This document shows positions 1-10,486 of a DNA stretch of 64,000 bases, piece after piece (the first letter of the stretch is position 1; each line of letters begins with the position of its first letter). The position numbers were made by a program, and so were the translations under genes. Below the pieces are notes generated by a model that saw nothing but the letters and a program-made list of their open reading frames with translations, did not search any database and was not told the origin of the DNA. Location of the stretch: assembly GCA_036337435.1 (NCBI GenBank), contig JAYZEG010000062.1, forward strand, positions 64,001-128,000, given 5' to 3'. This stretch comes from Myxococcota bacterium (lineage in GTDB: Bacteria > Myxococcota_A > Bradymonadia > UBA7976 > UBA1532).

Positions 1-1752
1 GAGAGTGTCGAGGGCCAACGTGCCACACCCGTACTTTTTCGTCCCTTCAACACAAATTTCGATGGTTTTTCCACGGTCTTCTACCCGGACACGGAAGGAC
101 GCGTTGTCGTCGATGCGGAGACGTGGTGAATCCTGTAGACGATCAGCAATTTCTTCTCCCCTCGACCCAGAAAAACTTAATGTAGCGGGTAGACGAACCC
201 TCAGGTGACGTAGGGCTGTCGGGTATGTTTCGAGGATTCGGTGGAAATGGTCATTGGCGGCACTCGTTTGGCCCGTTTGGACGAGGGCATCGGCCAACCA
301 AGTACGAATTCGTAGTCTCAGCAACTTTGTCGTTTTTGGAATTCTTTTGAGCAAGCTTTGCCCCGACTTGATGGCATCGATGTATCGGCCATCCCGCCAA
401 GCCATCTCACCGATATAGGCATCAAGAAATGCACTTGCAGTGTCTTTGAAGTCGGTCTCTTTCACTCGGGCCTCTTCGATGATCCGGTCCATCACCCCAT
501 GGCCCAACACCTGAACAATATCGGCCCCGAACCAAGGCATTAAATCCGTCATGTAGGGCCGAATCACTTTCTCTAAGTTACCGGGTATCGACGCCAGGCG
601 AATCGCTTGTCTAGCCACGGACCGCTTTGTTCGGACCAATTTGAATTGTTCTTTTCGTTCTGACAAAGCGTCAAAGAAAGGGCGCGCTGATGCGCGTTCT
701 CTGAACTGTTCTTGCCTGGCATTAAGGACAGACCAGGCGAGGATTTGATTGGTCAGCTCAATGGTCTCGGCCGCCGTACTCACCATGCCAGCACGGTCTG
801 GTTCATCGATGATTTCTTGGGCTCGGACGGCCGCTTGCTCGAAAGCACCCAAGGCATGCAAAAGCTCGACAAATCGAGCTCGAATGACCATTTCGTTCTG
901 CACCTTCATATCGGGCGTTCGGGGTGCCATTCGAAGTGCTTTAAGGGCACTCAGCGATTGCTGGAATTCGCCGAATACCAGATACATGGCGGCCAATTGT
1001 GCGTTGGGCGAGGTTGGACAGCTCTTGTCTTTGGCTCGCAATGCGGTTTGGTCATGTTCGATGGTTTTGGCAAATCGAAAAGTCCGTCGCGCACCCAGTG
1101 CCAGATTGGTCGCAATGATACACGACTGACTGCGCGTATCTTCAAGGCCGCGCAGTCCCCAGGTATAGCTCGCCTCCCTGTTCCCTGCCTCCTCTTCGAT
1201 GGCCATGAGGCCATTGAATGCGCGTTCACGGATATAGGCTTTGTCGCTGGTTCGGTTTGCATGGGCGATGCGCCTCGCTTCCTCAAAACGGCCCAATTTG
1301 AGCAACGGCCAAATACGATAGTAGGACTTCTCACCTTTGTACTCGTCGTCGTATTCCGTCAGAATATCGAGTTGTTCTTCACGACGGTCCAGCTGAGCGA
1401 GGACAAACTGCTCTCGCATCAGAATTCGCCGATGCCACCGTCGTACGACGTCTTGGACCGGTGATCGGCTAAATTTGTCGATCAATTGTGCCTTCGCCCG
1501 TCGAACCAAAAAGAGCCCTCTGGCCAGATTGCCTTCACCTTCGCTATGGCATACGCCGAGTACATAATTCGCCCAGATGCTTTGATTCGATGTCCGCTGT
1601 AATTCTTTCTCTGCAATGCGTCGTGCGCTGGAATACTCACCCATGTCGAGATGACGCATCGCAGCACTTTCGCCCGCTTTTGGTTCGGGTGTCTGCCCGT
1701 GTGCGACGCCGAACCAAAATGCAAAGACTGCAAGACAGCAGAGAAACTTCAT
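1..1752 (-). CDS. Secreted TPR-like/alpha-helical protein, runs off the window start (partial)
   Basis: Not in the ORF track because no stop lies in the window. Manual translation from ATG 1752 gives signal-peptide-like MKFLCCLAVFAFWFGVAHG, then TPR-like helices (WANYVLGVCHSEGEGNLARGL; WPLLKLGRFEEARRIA). I read 1752-961 and 240-1 as open; the stretch between is assumed open. It starts 18 nt after the MoxR stop. Confidence 0.8.
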   Translation of the reverse strand, partial: MKFLCCLAVFAFWFGVAHGQTPEPKAGESAAMRHLDMGEYSSARRIAEKELQRTSNQSIWANYVLGVCHSEGEGNLARGLFLVRRAKAQLIDKFSRSPVQDVVRRWHRRILMREQFVLAQLDRREEQLDILTEYDDEYKGEKSYYRIWPLLKLGRFEEARRIAHANRTSDKAYIRERAFNGLMAIEEEAGNREASYTWGLRGLEDTRSQSCIIATNLALGARRTFRFAKTIEHDQTALRAKDKSCPTSPNAQLAAMYLVFGEFQQSLSALKALRMAPRTPDMKVQNEMVIRARFVELLHALGAFEQAAVRAQEIIDEPDRAGMVSTAAETIELTNQILAWSVLNARQEQFRERASARPFFDALSERKEQFKLVRTKRSVARQAIRLASIPGNLEKVIRPYMTDLMPWFGADIVQVLGHGVMDRIIEEARVKETDFKDTASAFLDAYIGEMAWRDGRYIDAIKSGQSLLKRIPKTTKLLRLRIRTWLADALVQTGQTSAANDHFHRILETYPTALRHLRVRLPATLSFSGSRGEEIADRLQDSPRLRIDDNASFRVRVEDRGKTIEICVEGTKKYGCGTLALDTL

Positions 1753-1769
1753 CGAATTAGACCTTCATT

Positions 1770-2786
1770 CTAAATCGTTGACCGGTTGAGTGCGTCTATC
1801 GGCGATTTTATCGCGTCTGCGAGGATGTCATCCACTTGACCGGCACCGGGCACCACACTGATTCGATGATGAAACAGGTGAGGTGACAATCGTTCGATGT
1901 CGCTCGGTGCAATGTAGTCGCGGCCTCGGATGACAGCGAGCGTTTGAAGCGCCGGAATCGCCTGCACCAGTGATCGCGTCGATACGCCTTGAGCGGTTCT
2001 TGTATCTTCGCGGATGGTTCTCGCTAGGTCGACCAGACATTCTTTGATTTCCTTGGCCACATGGACCGAATTGTGAATTGCCTGCCGTGCGCTGAGAATG
2101 GCGTGTTTTGAAACGGGGTTGAGGGGAGCTCTCTGGGTTGGTGTACCCCAGGTGTTCAAAACGTCTAACTCGGCATCCCGAGACACATGTTTCATACTGA
2201 TTTTAAAAAGGAACCGGTCCAGCTGAGCCACTGGAAGGGGGTATGTACCCACAGAATCAAGCGGATTCTGAGTTGCGATGACAAAGAAGAGGTCGTCGAG
2301 TTTGTAGCTGACATTGTCGATGGTGACTTGGCCTTCTCCCATGGACTCCAACAGAGCCGATTGGACTTTAGGCGAGGTCCGATTGATCTCATCGACCAAG
2401 ACGATTTGAGCAAAGATAGGCCCGCGTCTGAAATGAAAATCGTTGGTTTGTGGATCGAAGACCATGACCCCAGTGACGTCGGAGGGCAAGAGGTCGGGTG
2501 TGAACTGAATTCGACGGAAAGCCGCCAGTTCGGTGTCCAGCTGGTCGGGTTCAAGGGCTGAGCCTAAGGCCTTGGCCAACGTTGTTTTACCCGACCCTGG
2601 ATAATCCTCGAGGAGGACGTGACCTCCACCAAAGAGTGCCACCAAAATCAGTTCAATCACGTCATCTCGACCCATAACGTCGCGGGTCATGAACCCACGA
2701 ACTCGGTCGACAATGTCGCCCACTTGCGCCAAAGCCATTGTCTGTCTTCCATCTTTTGGCTGCTCGCCAAGATTTAGGTCACTCAT
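1770..2786 (-). CDS. moxR: MoxR-family AAA+ ATPase
   Basis: Walker A region HVLLEDYPGSGKTT, RIQFTPDLLPSDVTG, Walker B LVDEINR, TQNPLD..GTYPLPVAQLDRF. ATG 2786 overlaps the upstream stop (ATGA). Confidence 0.93.
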   Translation of the reverse strand: MSDLNLGEQPKDGRQTMALAQVGDIVDRVRGFMTRDVMGRDDVIELILVALFGGGHVLLEDYPGSGKTTLAKALGSALEPDQLDTELAAFRRIQFTPDLLPSDVTGVMVFDPQTNDFHFRRGPIFAQIVLVDEINRTSPKVQSALLESMGEGQVTIDNVSYKLDDLFFVIATQNPLDSVGTYPLPVAQLDRFLFKISMKHVSRDAELDVLNTWGTPTQRAPLNPVSKHAILSARQAIHNSVHVAKEIKECLVDLARTIREDTRTAQGVSTRSLVQAIPALQTLAVIRGRDYIAPSDIERLSPHLFHHRISVVPGAGQVDDILADAIKSPIDALNRSTI

Positions 2787-4861
2787 CGCGTAAAATACCA
2801 TCCGATCGGGTTAATTGTTCCCAAAGCACGTTTCCAACGAGGTAGATTCATTTTCAGTTCTGTGCCGACTTGTTTGCATTGTTCCATCATGCCTTCGCTT
2901 GTTCCAGACTCGCTGAGGCTTAAACTCAAATGCTGGTGTGTAAGCTTCTCGAAGCTGGGTGCCAGTGCCTTGACTCGCTTTGCATGGTTTTCTCTTGTTT
3001 CGCCAAAATCACGTCCAAGTCCAAGATCGGAGAGTTGATCCAAGACCGCAGAGAAAGCCCACCTCTGGCGGAACCGACCAGCCATTGATGGCCTCACCCG
3101 ACGCGCGACTTTGATCAAGTAACTGGCGGTAAATAGACTCACAAAAAGCATAAACAGGCCATATCTGATGCTATCCCACGGGATTTGAAAAGGCGTGTTT
3201 TGCGCTTCCAAGGCCCGTCCACCTGATTTATCGTTTCGCGCCAGTTCACCGAGCAAGCTTTCCAAATCTTGTGAAACCAGTTGTGGTGGAGGTTGGTCCG
3301 ATTGCTCTGGGTAGATGTCGAAGGCAATCCAACCCACGCCGTCGATGTGGATTTCAGGCCATGCGTGGGCCCGGTCACCCATGATCAAAACAGCGGAGCC
3401 GCTGCCTCGCATTCGGTTGTCAACAGCATAGCCGACCGCGACGCGCGATGCGATGCCAACCGTTCGAAACAAGAGTGCGGCAGCATGGGCGAAATGAACA
3501 CAATAGCCCCTTAAGTTTCCGAACAGGAATGACGCGGCTGGGTCCGGTTGATTGTCGTGTCGCTCTTCTCGAGTGTAGAAGCCATTTTTCTCAAGGTATC
3601 GTTTGACCGCCAGGGCTTTCACCAAGGTGTCGTTGCTGTATCTCGGATCGACTTCTCTGACAATTTCATTGGCCAGCGAGTCATATCTGGGATCATCGGG
3701 TCCGGTCAAATAATGGTCTTTTTGCGCCTGGCTCCAGTCGGCTGGGACCGAACGCCGACCCAGATAGCGCATATCGTGAATTTTCGTCGTGGGAGCGAGA
3801 GAGACCACATCATAGGCAGCGACGAACTTGGCCGGTGATGGGTTGGGTCTTGGACTGATTTCGATGGACGCGGTCAAGCCCAAGGGTTGCGGATGGTCGA
3901 CCATCAAGAACATCGATGTCGGAACCCGTTTGTGAAATGCTGCCTTTTGGGTCTCGTCGGTGATACGGATGGGATCAGTGCCTGGAAATTGTGTGATGAC
4001 ATCAGCTGCAAATTCACCGGTGGGTGAGGATACCAGGCGTTTTCCATTGAAGTGGCCTTGGACCTGCTGTCGGAAATAGAGCAGGTCGGCTTCTGGTTCA
4101 TAATCGGTGTGCAAAAGGGCAACGGCAACCGGGTATGGTTTGTCTTGATTACTTTGCCCCTGACCCGCGACCGATTGCTCTTTCAGAAAGTCCTCGATGG
4201 GCGGCTCGAGTTTCATCGACGACTGTTGCTGGTACGCAACCAGACCCAGTACCAAAAGCAAGACCATACTCATCACTAATTTTTGTCGGGATTGTTTCCA
4301 AAGCATCATGACGATAGCCACGAGTGCCGCAACGACGCCGATGCCCTGCAGCAGCACTTGTGGATCGAGACCATTGACCAGTGCCCAATCCGCCAAAAAC
4401 CGGGGTCTATGATAGGCTAAATGTTGATGCCGGGAGAAGAGCAGCACCACCGATGCAATGACGATAAACGTCTCTACGATAGACCAGATTCGTCGGCGTG
4501 TTGACATGAACCGAACTGAAAATGAGACACCGAAGGCAGCCAAACTGAATCCCATGATGTCAGAGACGACCAAGAGTTTTTCGGCCTTTAAGCCCAGCGG
4601 GTTCAAACCAGAGTCTCTAAACCAATCTGCGCCGAACCAACTCAAGGCGAGGGTGCTGATGCCCAATGCCAGTGCCACGGATGTCTTCAGGTGGCGCTTC
4701 GACATGGACCGACCCAATTGGCTGCCAAGAATCGCAAAGGCGACAGCAAAGAGCGTGGCTGTAAAGTTGGTTTGCGACCACAACGTGACCAATGTGGCGA
4801 TAGCGAAGAGACCGCTTTTCAGCCATCCGACAGCTCTTGATTCGAATCGAACGGAACTCAT
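2783..4861 (-). CDS. Membrane-anchored transglutaminase-like domain protein (TgpA-like)
   Basis: Multiple N-terminal TM segments. Catalytic triad Cys (RGYCVHFA), His (HAWPE), Asp (GWIAFD). A C-terminal TM follows. Coupled to its neighbours by ATGA overlaps. Confidence 0.88.
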   Translation of the reverse strand: MSSVRFESRAVGWLKSGLFAIATLVTLWSQTNFTATLFAVAFAILGSQLGRSMSKRHLKTSVALALGISTLALSWFGADWFRDSGLNPLGLKAEKLLVVSDIMGFSLAAFGVSFSVRFMSTRRRIWSIVETFIVIASVVLLFSRHQHLAYHRPRFLADWALVNGLDPQVLLQGIGVVAALVAIVMMLWKQSRQKLVMSMVLLLVLGLVAYQQQSSMKLEPPIEDFLKEQSVAGQGQSNQDKPYPVAVALLHTDYEPEADLLYFRQQVQGHFNGKRLVSSPTGEFAADVITQFPGTDPIRITDETQKAAFHKRVPTSMFLMVDHPQPLGLTASIEISPRPNPSPAKFVAAYDVVSLAPTTKIHDMRYLGRRSVPADWSQAQKDHYLTGPDDPRYDSLANEIVREVDPRYSNDTLVKALAVKRYLEKNGFYTREERHDNQPDPAASFLFGNLRGYCVHFAHAAALLFRTVGIASRVAVGYAVDNRMRGSGSAVLIMGDRAHAWPEIHIDGVGWIAFDIYPEQSDQPPPQLVSQDLESLLGELARNDKSGGRALEAQNTPFQIPWDSIRYGLFMLFVSLFTASYLIKVARRVRPSMAGRFRQRWAFSAVLDQLSDLGLGRDFGETRENHAKRVKALAPSFEKLTHQHLSLSLSESGTSEGMMEQCKQVGTELKMNLPRWKRALGTINPIGWYFTR

Positions 4862-6120
4862 ATCGACCTCATTGCAGCCAAATCGGTTCCGGTCATAATG
4901 CGTTGCTCGCTTTTGTGGATGATTTGCACCCGAGATCCAGTGTTGGCCATGTGATCGTAGAGAGACGGCAGTCGACGAAGCCGCTCTGTGGCCACCCCGT
5001 CGTCGAAGAAACGTGTTCGCTTCGACGATTGCGCCTGAACGGTTGGGCCATCAACGGCGATGAGGACCAATGGCGGTCTTGGTAGCTGAATGATGGCTGC
5101 CAGCACACGGTCTCGCCACTGACCATCTTGTGAGGGCAGGAAGAGCACGCAATGATTTCGTCGGGCCGGGTCGATGGTGGCTAGAAATTGGGCCAAATCA
5201 CGGCCATTTCTGTGTCGATGGTGTGCCGATTCGACGATGGCATCGAGTGCCTTTGCCCGTTGCCTGACGGGACCGACTGTACCCGTTGCACCAAAGATTA
5301 AGTCTTCGCCTAAAAGGCCTTGCTCGAGCACTGTTCTGGCCAGAGATGCTGTCTCTTCGTCGTTGGGCCCACTGACAAAGAATGCAGCGGCATTGGGTCT
5401 TGGAGCGATGGCTCTTTCCGGTGTTCTCACCAAGAGCTTCCGAGACCGAGCAAAGGCTTTCCATAAGATAAACCGTTGTGGGTCGCCCGGCGCGTAGCGC
5501 CTCATTTCGATATAATCGCCAACCGGCTCACCCAGAGGGTGACTCGACCCATCGCCCTCGGCGTGTCGCAATTCCGGCACCAGAGACAAAACCGCTTTGG
5601 ATGGGGAGATGACAATGGATGCGACCTGTCGATGTTTTAATGTCATGGCCGAGAAACCAAAGATGTCCTTAATGGTGATCCGACGAACGATTTGGGTCAT
5701 TCGACCACGTCCGACCGTTTGAGCATGTTCTTGCCAATATCGCCCATCTTTGACCAGTCTCGGTTGCGCTTGGCTTAAATCGGACCATGAGACATCGATT
5801 TGGATTAAGGGCCAGTAGGGTAGCCGTCTGGCGCGAAACCCTGTTTTATGGCTCTGGTTTGTCTCCCATTGGCCCGCAAGCGTTTGGGTCTCGAATCGAA
5901 CTGACTGACGGATGAATAGGGTCCCGATGATCGTGGTGAGTATGCAGACACACATGACTGTGACGATCGCGATGATGGACGCACGGACGACAAAATCATG
6001 GCTTCCATCAACCCATACAAGCCAACCACATACACTAAATGCAGTTAAAATAAGCCCGATTCCCGTCAACGGAAACAGGTCTGCTAAGGGTCGCCAATAT
6101 TGCTTTAAACGGCTCGTCAC
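4858..6120 (-). CDS. DUF58 domain membrane protein
   Basis: Two N-terminal TM helices. Motif GDYIEMRRYAPGDPQRFILWKAFAR..LLVR is typical of DUF58, and it sits in a MoxR/transglutaminase operon. Confidence 0.88.
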   Translation of the reverse strand: MTSRLKQYWRPLADLFPLTGIGLILTAFSVCGWLVWVDGSHDFVVRASIIAIVTVMCVCILTTIIGTLFIRQSVRFETQTLAGQWETNQSHKTGFRARRLPYWPLIQIDVSWSDLSQAQPRLVKDGRYWQEHAQTVGRGRMTQIVRRITIKDIFGFSAMTLKHRQVASIVISPSKAVLSLVPELRHAEGDGSSHPLGEPVGDYIEMRRYAPGDPQRFILWKAFARSRKLLVRTPERAIAPRPNAAAFFVSGPNDEETASLARTVLEQGLLGEDLIFGATGTVGPVRQRAKALDAIVESAHHRHRNGRDLAQFLATIDPARRNHCVLFLPSQDGQWRDRVLAAIIQLPRPPLVLIAVDGPTVQAQSSKRTRFFDDGVATERLRRLPSLYDHMANTGSRVQIIHKSEQRIMTGTDLAAMRSI

Positions 6121-6291
6121 AGGCTCTTCTCGGTTCTGTACCCCAACGCTTTTTGAACCGCTCTTGCCCCAAGGTCAGTCCGGCGTTGCCACCACCTATA
6201 ACCTTGATGCTCCCCGAAGACTTCCGGAGGCGCAATATTTTAAATTAATCGCGAATCCCCCCAGAACCATGGAGAGATAACAAACCAAAGT

Positions 6292-9200
6292 TCAGTGTTC
6301 GTATTTAAGGCCCACGCTGAAGCTACGTCCCACAATCCCACGCGCTTGAATGAGGTCGCCAGCACGCCGCTCCATGGCTTGATTGATTAAATTCTTGGCT
6401 TTTAATTTCAGGGCTAGGCCACCACCGAGACGCATGCCGAACACGAAGTCCAGCAGGTTCTGGGGTTGTTCGTAGATATCGGGAAGACTGCTTGTGCCGA
6501 CCTCCACAATCCGCCGTCCGGAGACATTGTAGAGGAGGTTCCATTGCCAAAGACTGCGCGGGGCCTCATAGCCCAGTTGCAGATTAATGACATAAGCAGA
6601 CTGTCCTTCCAGGGGTCTCTTGCTCGATGTCTCACACCCATCGCTCTGTCCCAGATCGACATTTGAGTCGATGACAGCCACATTGCCCGAGAAAAATGTC
6701 CTGTCCAGTCCGATAAAATCAAAGGCTTTTCGCCACGCGAGTTCGGCGCCGAGGTTGGTGGCCGATGGCGAATTTCGGAATGTCAGGGTTTTGTCTGCAC
6801 CGCAGCTGATTTTAGTTTCAATGGGGTCGGTGAAATACTTAAAGAAACCGGCGAGAGAAATGCTGTCTCGCGCGTTGAAATAATATTCCCAACGCAGGTC
6901 ATAATGGTCGATCAAGGCTCGGTTTAAATCAGGATTACCGACCACAGATTGTCGATTGGTTACATCATCGAATCGTGCCGGCGAGAGCTCGCGAAATTCT
7001 GGACGACTGACCGTTCGGCCATATCCAGCGCGCAGTTGCATTGCGTCGGTCATCACCCAGGTGGTGCTGGCCGACGGCAAGAGGTCTAGGTTTTTCAGGT
7101 TTGCGTTGACAGGCTCATCGCCTGAGAACGGCGAAAAGGTAGATACATTTTGTTCGGCACTCTCCAGCCGCAGGCCGCCCATCAGTCTTAAGCGATTCAA
7201 CAAGCCGACTTCAGAGGCCAAATAACCTGCATAGACTTTTTGTTTCGCCTTATAGTCATCGGTGGTCTGAGTGGTATTGAGGAGTCGATACTGACCTTGC
7301 TCATTGCCGATATTCTCTCGAGCAAAGAGAACATCAAGGCTTTCAACTTGACGCGTAGGCCCTTGGAATTTGTATCTGCGAGTCTCGACAAGTCGCTCTC
7401 GATTCAGTGTGGCACCACCGACCTCGACATAGGACTTGGCACGACCTGCTTTGGCTTCGCTCAGCAGATAACGTGCCGACGCCCTGACCTCGTGAGCTGT
7501 ATCGTCTAGATCGCTGAAAAAACGACGATTGCCTTCAGGCTTTGCAGACAGACCGAACGGGTCGTCTGTACCGATACTGCGGTCGTACTGGGAAATCCGT
7601 CGATTGGGCTCCAAACGGTCGGCGAGAGACAGTCCGTAGTTCCATTTCAATTCCAGATTAGGCAGGTCATGTTCGCCTCGAACTTGTTGAGTAAAAAGCT
7701 CTCGTTCTACCCACCGAAGCCGTTGGACGATGACATCTGAGCGCTCGTCGACGTTTGTGCCAACGAATTGACTGGCTTCGTCATCGGTGTTCCTCAGCAG
7801 AAGACTTGTGGTTGCGATTTTGTGGTTACGGCCAATATCCAGACCCAGTTCAAGGATGCCGCTCGCTTGGATTGTGCGAGTGAGGCTGTCGATTCGACCG
7901 CCATCGCTGACCTCCAATTGTCCAGCGCTGATTCTAAATGTGTTTCGGGTCATTTGCTGCCGGTTCCAGCCCTGGTCGTATTGGATACTCGCGACACCAC
8001 CGAATTTGATGCGGCCTTGGTCGTTGAGATAGCCACCGGAAACCGACCCACCAAAGTCCAAAGGCACCTGAGTACGATGGCTGTTGTAGGTGTCAGGAAA
8101 CGCACGACCTAACTCGGTTAACTCATCTGGCGAAAGGCAGTTCTCTCTGGTGGTGATACTGCACAGCTTGAGCGCTGTTCGGTCGGTCTCGGCTGCGACA
8201 TTGGCTGGGAGGGCTCGAGCACCCGAATCAATGCCTAAGTAATCATAGTCGCCGCCTTCATAGGTCAATCCATCAGTAAACGTGCTTCCTGTGCGACCCC
8301 CCATTGAGATGGATGCCTCTAGGAATGATGACTCTGGGAGGCGTTTTGTCCTCAGTTGGACAACCCCACCTCCAAACTCACCTGATTGGTCCGAAGAAAA
8401 GGTTTTTTGGACGACGACGCTGCTGAGGATCCCTGTTGGAAACATATCGAGGGGGACAACGCGCCGCTCCGGTTCTGGACTTGGCAAGAACATGCCGTTC
8501 AAGGTCGTACTCGAATAGCGTTCTCCCATTCCTCTGACGTAGATGTACTTACCGCCCACAATGGTCAGACCGGTCACCCGCTTGAGTGCACTGGCCGCAC
8601 TGCTGTCTCCCGTTTGTGCCATTTGCTCTGCACCGATGACATCGACCACATTACTGGTCTCGCGTCGCTCTGAGACCAAGGCGGCGACGCCCCCTTCGAT
8701 ATACGGGGCGGTGACGACAAATTCTTCCAACTCGGGGTTGGCGATTTCCATGACGATGTCATCGAGTTTTTGGGACTGGTCTTTTAAAACGTCTATTTCA
8801 TCAGCCCGAGCGTTTCGATACCCAGCTCGAATAAAGGACAGTGCGGTCTTTCCAACGCCGACGCGCAGTTTGTATTCGCCCTGACGGTTGGTTGTTGCAG
8901 TCGCATTCTGGCCCAGTACAAAGACCTGAACACCACGCAGGGGCTTGCCTGATTTTGTCACACAGCGACCCTCGATAGTGCCGAATGCGCTGATGGCCTC
9001 CTGCGCTTTGGTTTGTTGGGTGACCTTCCTCTGTTCGATGCTAACGAGCGCGTCTAGGTCGATATGTAATGTGACGATGACTTCTGTGACCTCGCCTTCC
9101 ATTGTCACCACGTTTGAAATCGATACCGAACGAGCCGGCGTGAACAACCTCAGGTTGAAATTTCCTGGTTTTTGCTCAAGAAAAATTCGGCCATCTTGGT

Positions 9201-9354
9201 TTGTTTGTCCCTTTTTTTGACCATCGATCTCGAGGGTCACACCGGGCAAGGGTGCATGGCCGCCGTCTCCATCGAATACGTAGATTCGTAGGCCTGCAGC
9301 GTGTCCTAGATTACTGAGAAGTAAAGCAGCAGTAATGAACCAAACTAATCGCAT
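6292..9354 (-). CDS. TonB-dependent receptor with N-terminal carboxypeptidase-regulatory-like domains
   Basis: Signal peptide from MRLVWF (ATG 9354). Two Ig-like N-terminal domains (PLPGVTLEIDG; KPLRGVQVFV). Plug motif GDSSAASALKRVTGLT..YVRGMGERY, barrel motif GNPDL and C-terminal KNLIN...GRSFSVGLKY. Confidence 0.93.
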   Translation of the reverse strand: MRLVWFITAALLLSNLGHAAGLRIYVFDGDGGHAPLPGVTLEIDGQKKGQTNQDGRIFLEQKPGNFNLRLFTPARSVSISNVVTMEGEVTEVIVTLHIDLDALVSIEQRKVTQQTKAQEAISAFGTIEGRCVTKSGKPLRGVQVFVLGQNATATTNRQGEYKLRVGVGKTALSFIRAGYRNARADEIDVLKDQSQKLDDIVMEIANPELEEFVVTAPYIEGGVAALVSERRETSNVVDVIGAEQMAQTGDSSAASALKRVTGLTIVGGKYIYVRGMGERYSSTTLNGMFLPSPEPERRVVPLDMFPTGILSSVVVQKTFSSDQSGEFGGGVVQLRTKRLPESSFLEASISMGGRTGSTFTDGLTYEGGDYDYLGIDSGARALPANVAAETDRTALKLCSITTRENCLSPDELTELGRAFPDTYNSHRTQVPLDFGGSVSGGYLNDQGRIKFGGVASIQYDQGWNRQQMTRNTFRISAGQLEVSDGGRIDSLTRTIQASGILELGLDIGRNHKIATTSLLLRNTDDEASQFVGTNVDERSDVIVQRLRWVERELFTQQVRGEHDLPNLELKWNYGLSLADRLEPNRRISQYDRSIGTDDPFGLSAKPEGNRRFFSDLDDTAHEVRASARYLLSEAKAGRAKSYVEVGGATLNRERLVETRRYKFQGPTRQVESLDVLFARENIGNEQGQYRLLNTTQTTDDYKAKQKVYAGYLASEVGLLNRLRLMGGLRLESAEQNVSTFSPFSGDEPVNANLKNLDLLPSASTTWVMTDAMQLRAGYGRTVSRPEFRELSPARFDDVTNRQSVVGNPDLNRALIDHYDLRWEYYFNARDSISLAGFFKYFTDPIETKISCGADKTLTFRNSPSATNLGAELAWRKAFDFIGLDRTFFSGNVAVIDSNVDLGQSDGCETSSKRPLEGQSAYVINLQLGYEAPRSLWQWNLLYNVSGRRIVEVGTSSLPDIYEQPQNLLDFVFGMRLGGGLALKLKAKNLINQAMERRAGDLIQARGIVGRSFSVGLKYEH

Positions 9355-10484
9355 AGTGTCTTGTCTCGACGGCAATCGGCCATGGCCTTGCGAAGCTTTG
9401 CCGCGCGATTGAAGAGACTCGGGTTGGTCAAGCGCTTGAGGTGACGTTCCGTCTTTTTAAAATCCCGCGTCCTGAAATAGGCGTAGGCCAGCGCATAGCG
9501 CAGCTCCTCGTCTTGCCCCAATATGTCCAAGCGAGATAGACGAGGGGCGAGCGCTGTGACCGCTTCGAAGCGTTCTAAATCAAGGAGGATTGCAAGCCTT
9601 TGTTTCAACTTCGTTGTCTGTTCCAGGATGCGACCATTCGCCGCCAATGCTTTGTGACCTGACCCAAGTTCTCGATAAATCTCGGCGGCATCCCGCGCGT
9701 ATTTCTCTTCTTTCTCAGACGCGTTTAGAAACTGTCTCGCTGCAGTTACTGGGTAACCGGCAGACAGCCATGCATGGGCTGCTTGAGCTTTGATTCGATT
9801 GTCATCTGGATAGGTGAGCATCGCTTTTTCGAGGACTCGGATGGCAGATTTAGATTCTTTGGCTTTGAGTAGTGCCTCCGCTAGAAACAAGACATCATCC
9901 GCCGTTGAATCTGCTGCTTTTACAAAATTCAATCCAACATCAGCCGCTGATTGATAAAGACCAAGTTCGATCAAGCGTTGGATATTTTTACGACCAAAAT
10001 CTCGCTGTTCCGGAAACAGCGTTTGCGCGCGTGACAGAACATGGAGAGCGCGATCGTAGTCTTTCAACGTCCATGCGCACTCACTCCGGATAATTAGGAA
10101 ATCAGGGTCAGTCCATGCTTTATCGCCAGCCGCATCCAAAGCCGCTTCGACTGTCTCACATTGGTTTAGCGCATAGGCGCATCGGGCGCGTGACAAGTGA
10201 ATATCGTCACTCGCTTTACCTAACTCGATAATCTTGTCGAAATTTTTAAGTGCCAGTTCAAAACGCTTAAGCCGCATATTTAAAACAGCAGATACGGTGT
10301 AGTAGCGGACCTGATCTAAAGTCTCATCGGTTTTATCGACCTGTTCTAGTGCAGCTGCAGCCCGTTTGAGGTACCCGTCTTGGAGCATGACTGTCGCCAA
10401 TGCCAAATGGTCGATCTCGGCCTGGTCATTGGCATGGGCAGGCAGACAGCAGAGGAGGCTGCATATGAGCAGGACAAGACGCAT
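9345..10484 (-). CDS. Periplasmic tetratricopeptide-repeat protein (TtpD-like)
   Basis: Signal peptide and repeated TPR-like helices. It follows tonB in the operon. Confidence 0.8.
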   Translation of the reverse strand: MRLVLLICSLLCCLPAHANDQAEIDHLALATVMLQDGYLKRAAAALEQVDKTDETLDQVRYYTVSAVLNMRLKRFELALKNFDKIIELGKASDDIHLSRARCAYALNQCETVEAALDAAGDKAWTDPDFLIIRSECAWTLKDYDRALHVLSRAQTLFPEQRDFGRKNIQRLIELGLYQSAADVGLNFVKAADSTADDVLFLAEALLKAKESKSAIRVLEKAMLTYPDDNRIKAQAAHAWLSAGYPVTAARQFLNASEKEEKYARDAAEIYRELGSGHKALAANGRILEQTTKLKQRLAILLDLERFEAVTALAPRLSRLDILGQDEELRYALAYAYFRTRDFKKTERHLKRLTNPSLFNRAAKLRKAMADCRRDKTLCD

Positions 10485-10486
10485 CC

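Noticed and set aside
712..1464. 250-aa plus-strand ORF and other small ORFs in 1-1760
   Set aside because: They are shadows of the minus-strand TPR-like gene, which starts at 1752 with a signal peptide and continues the operon.
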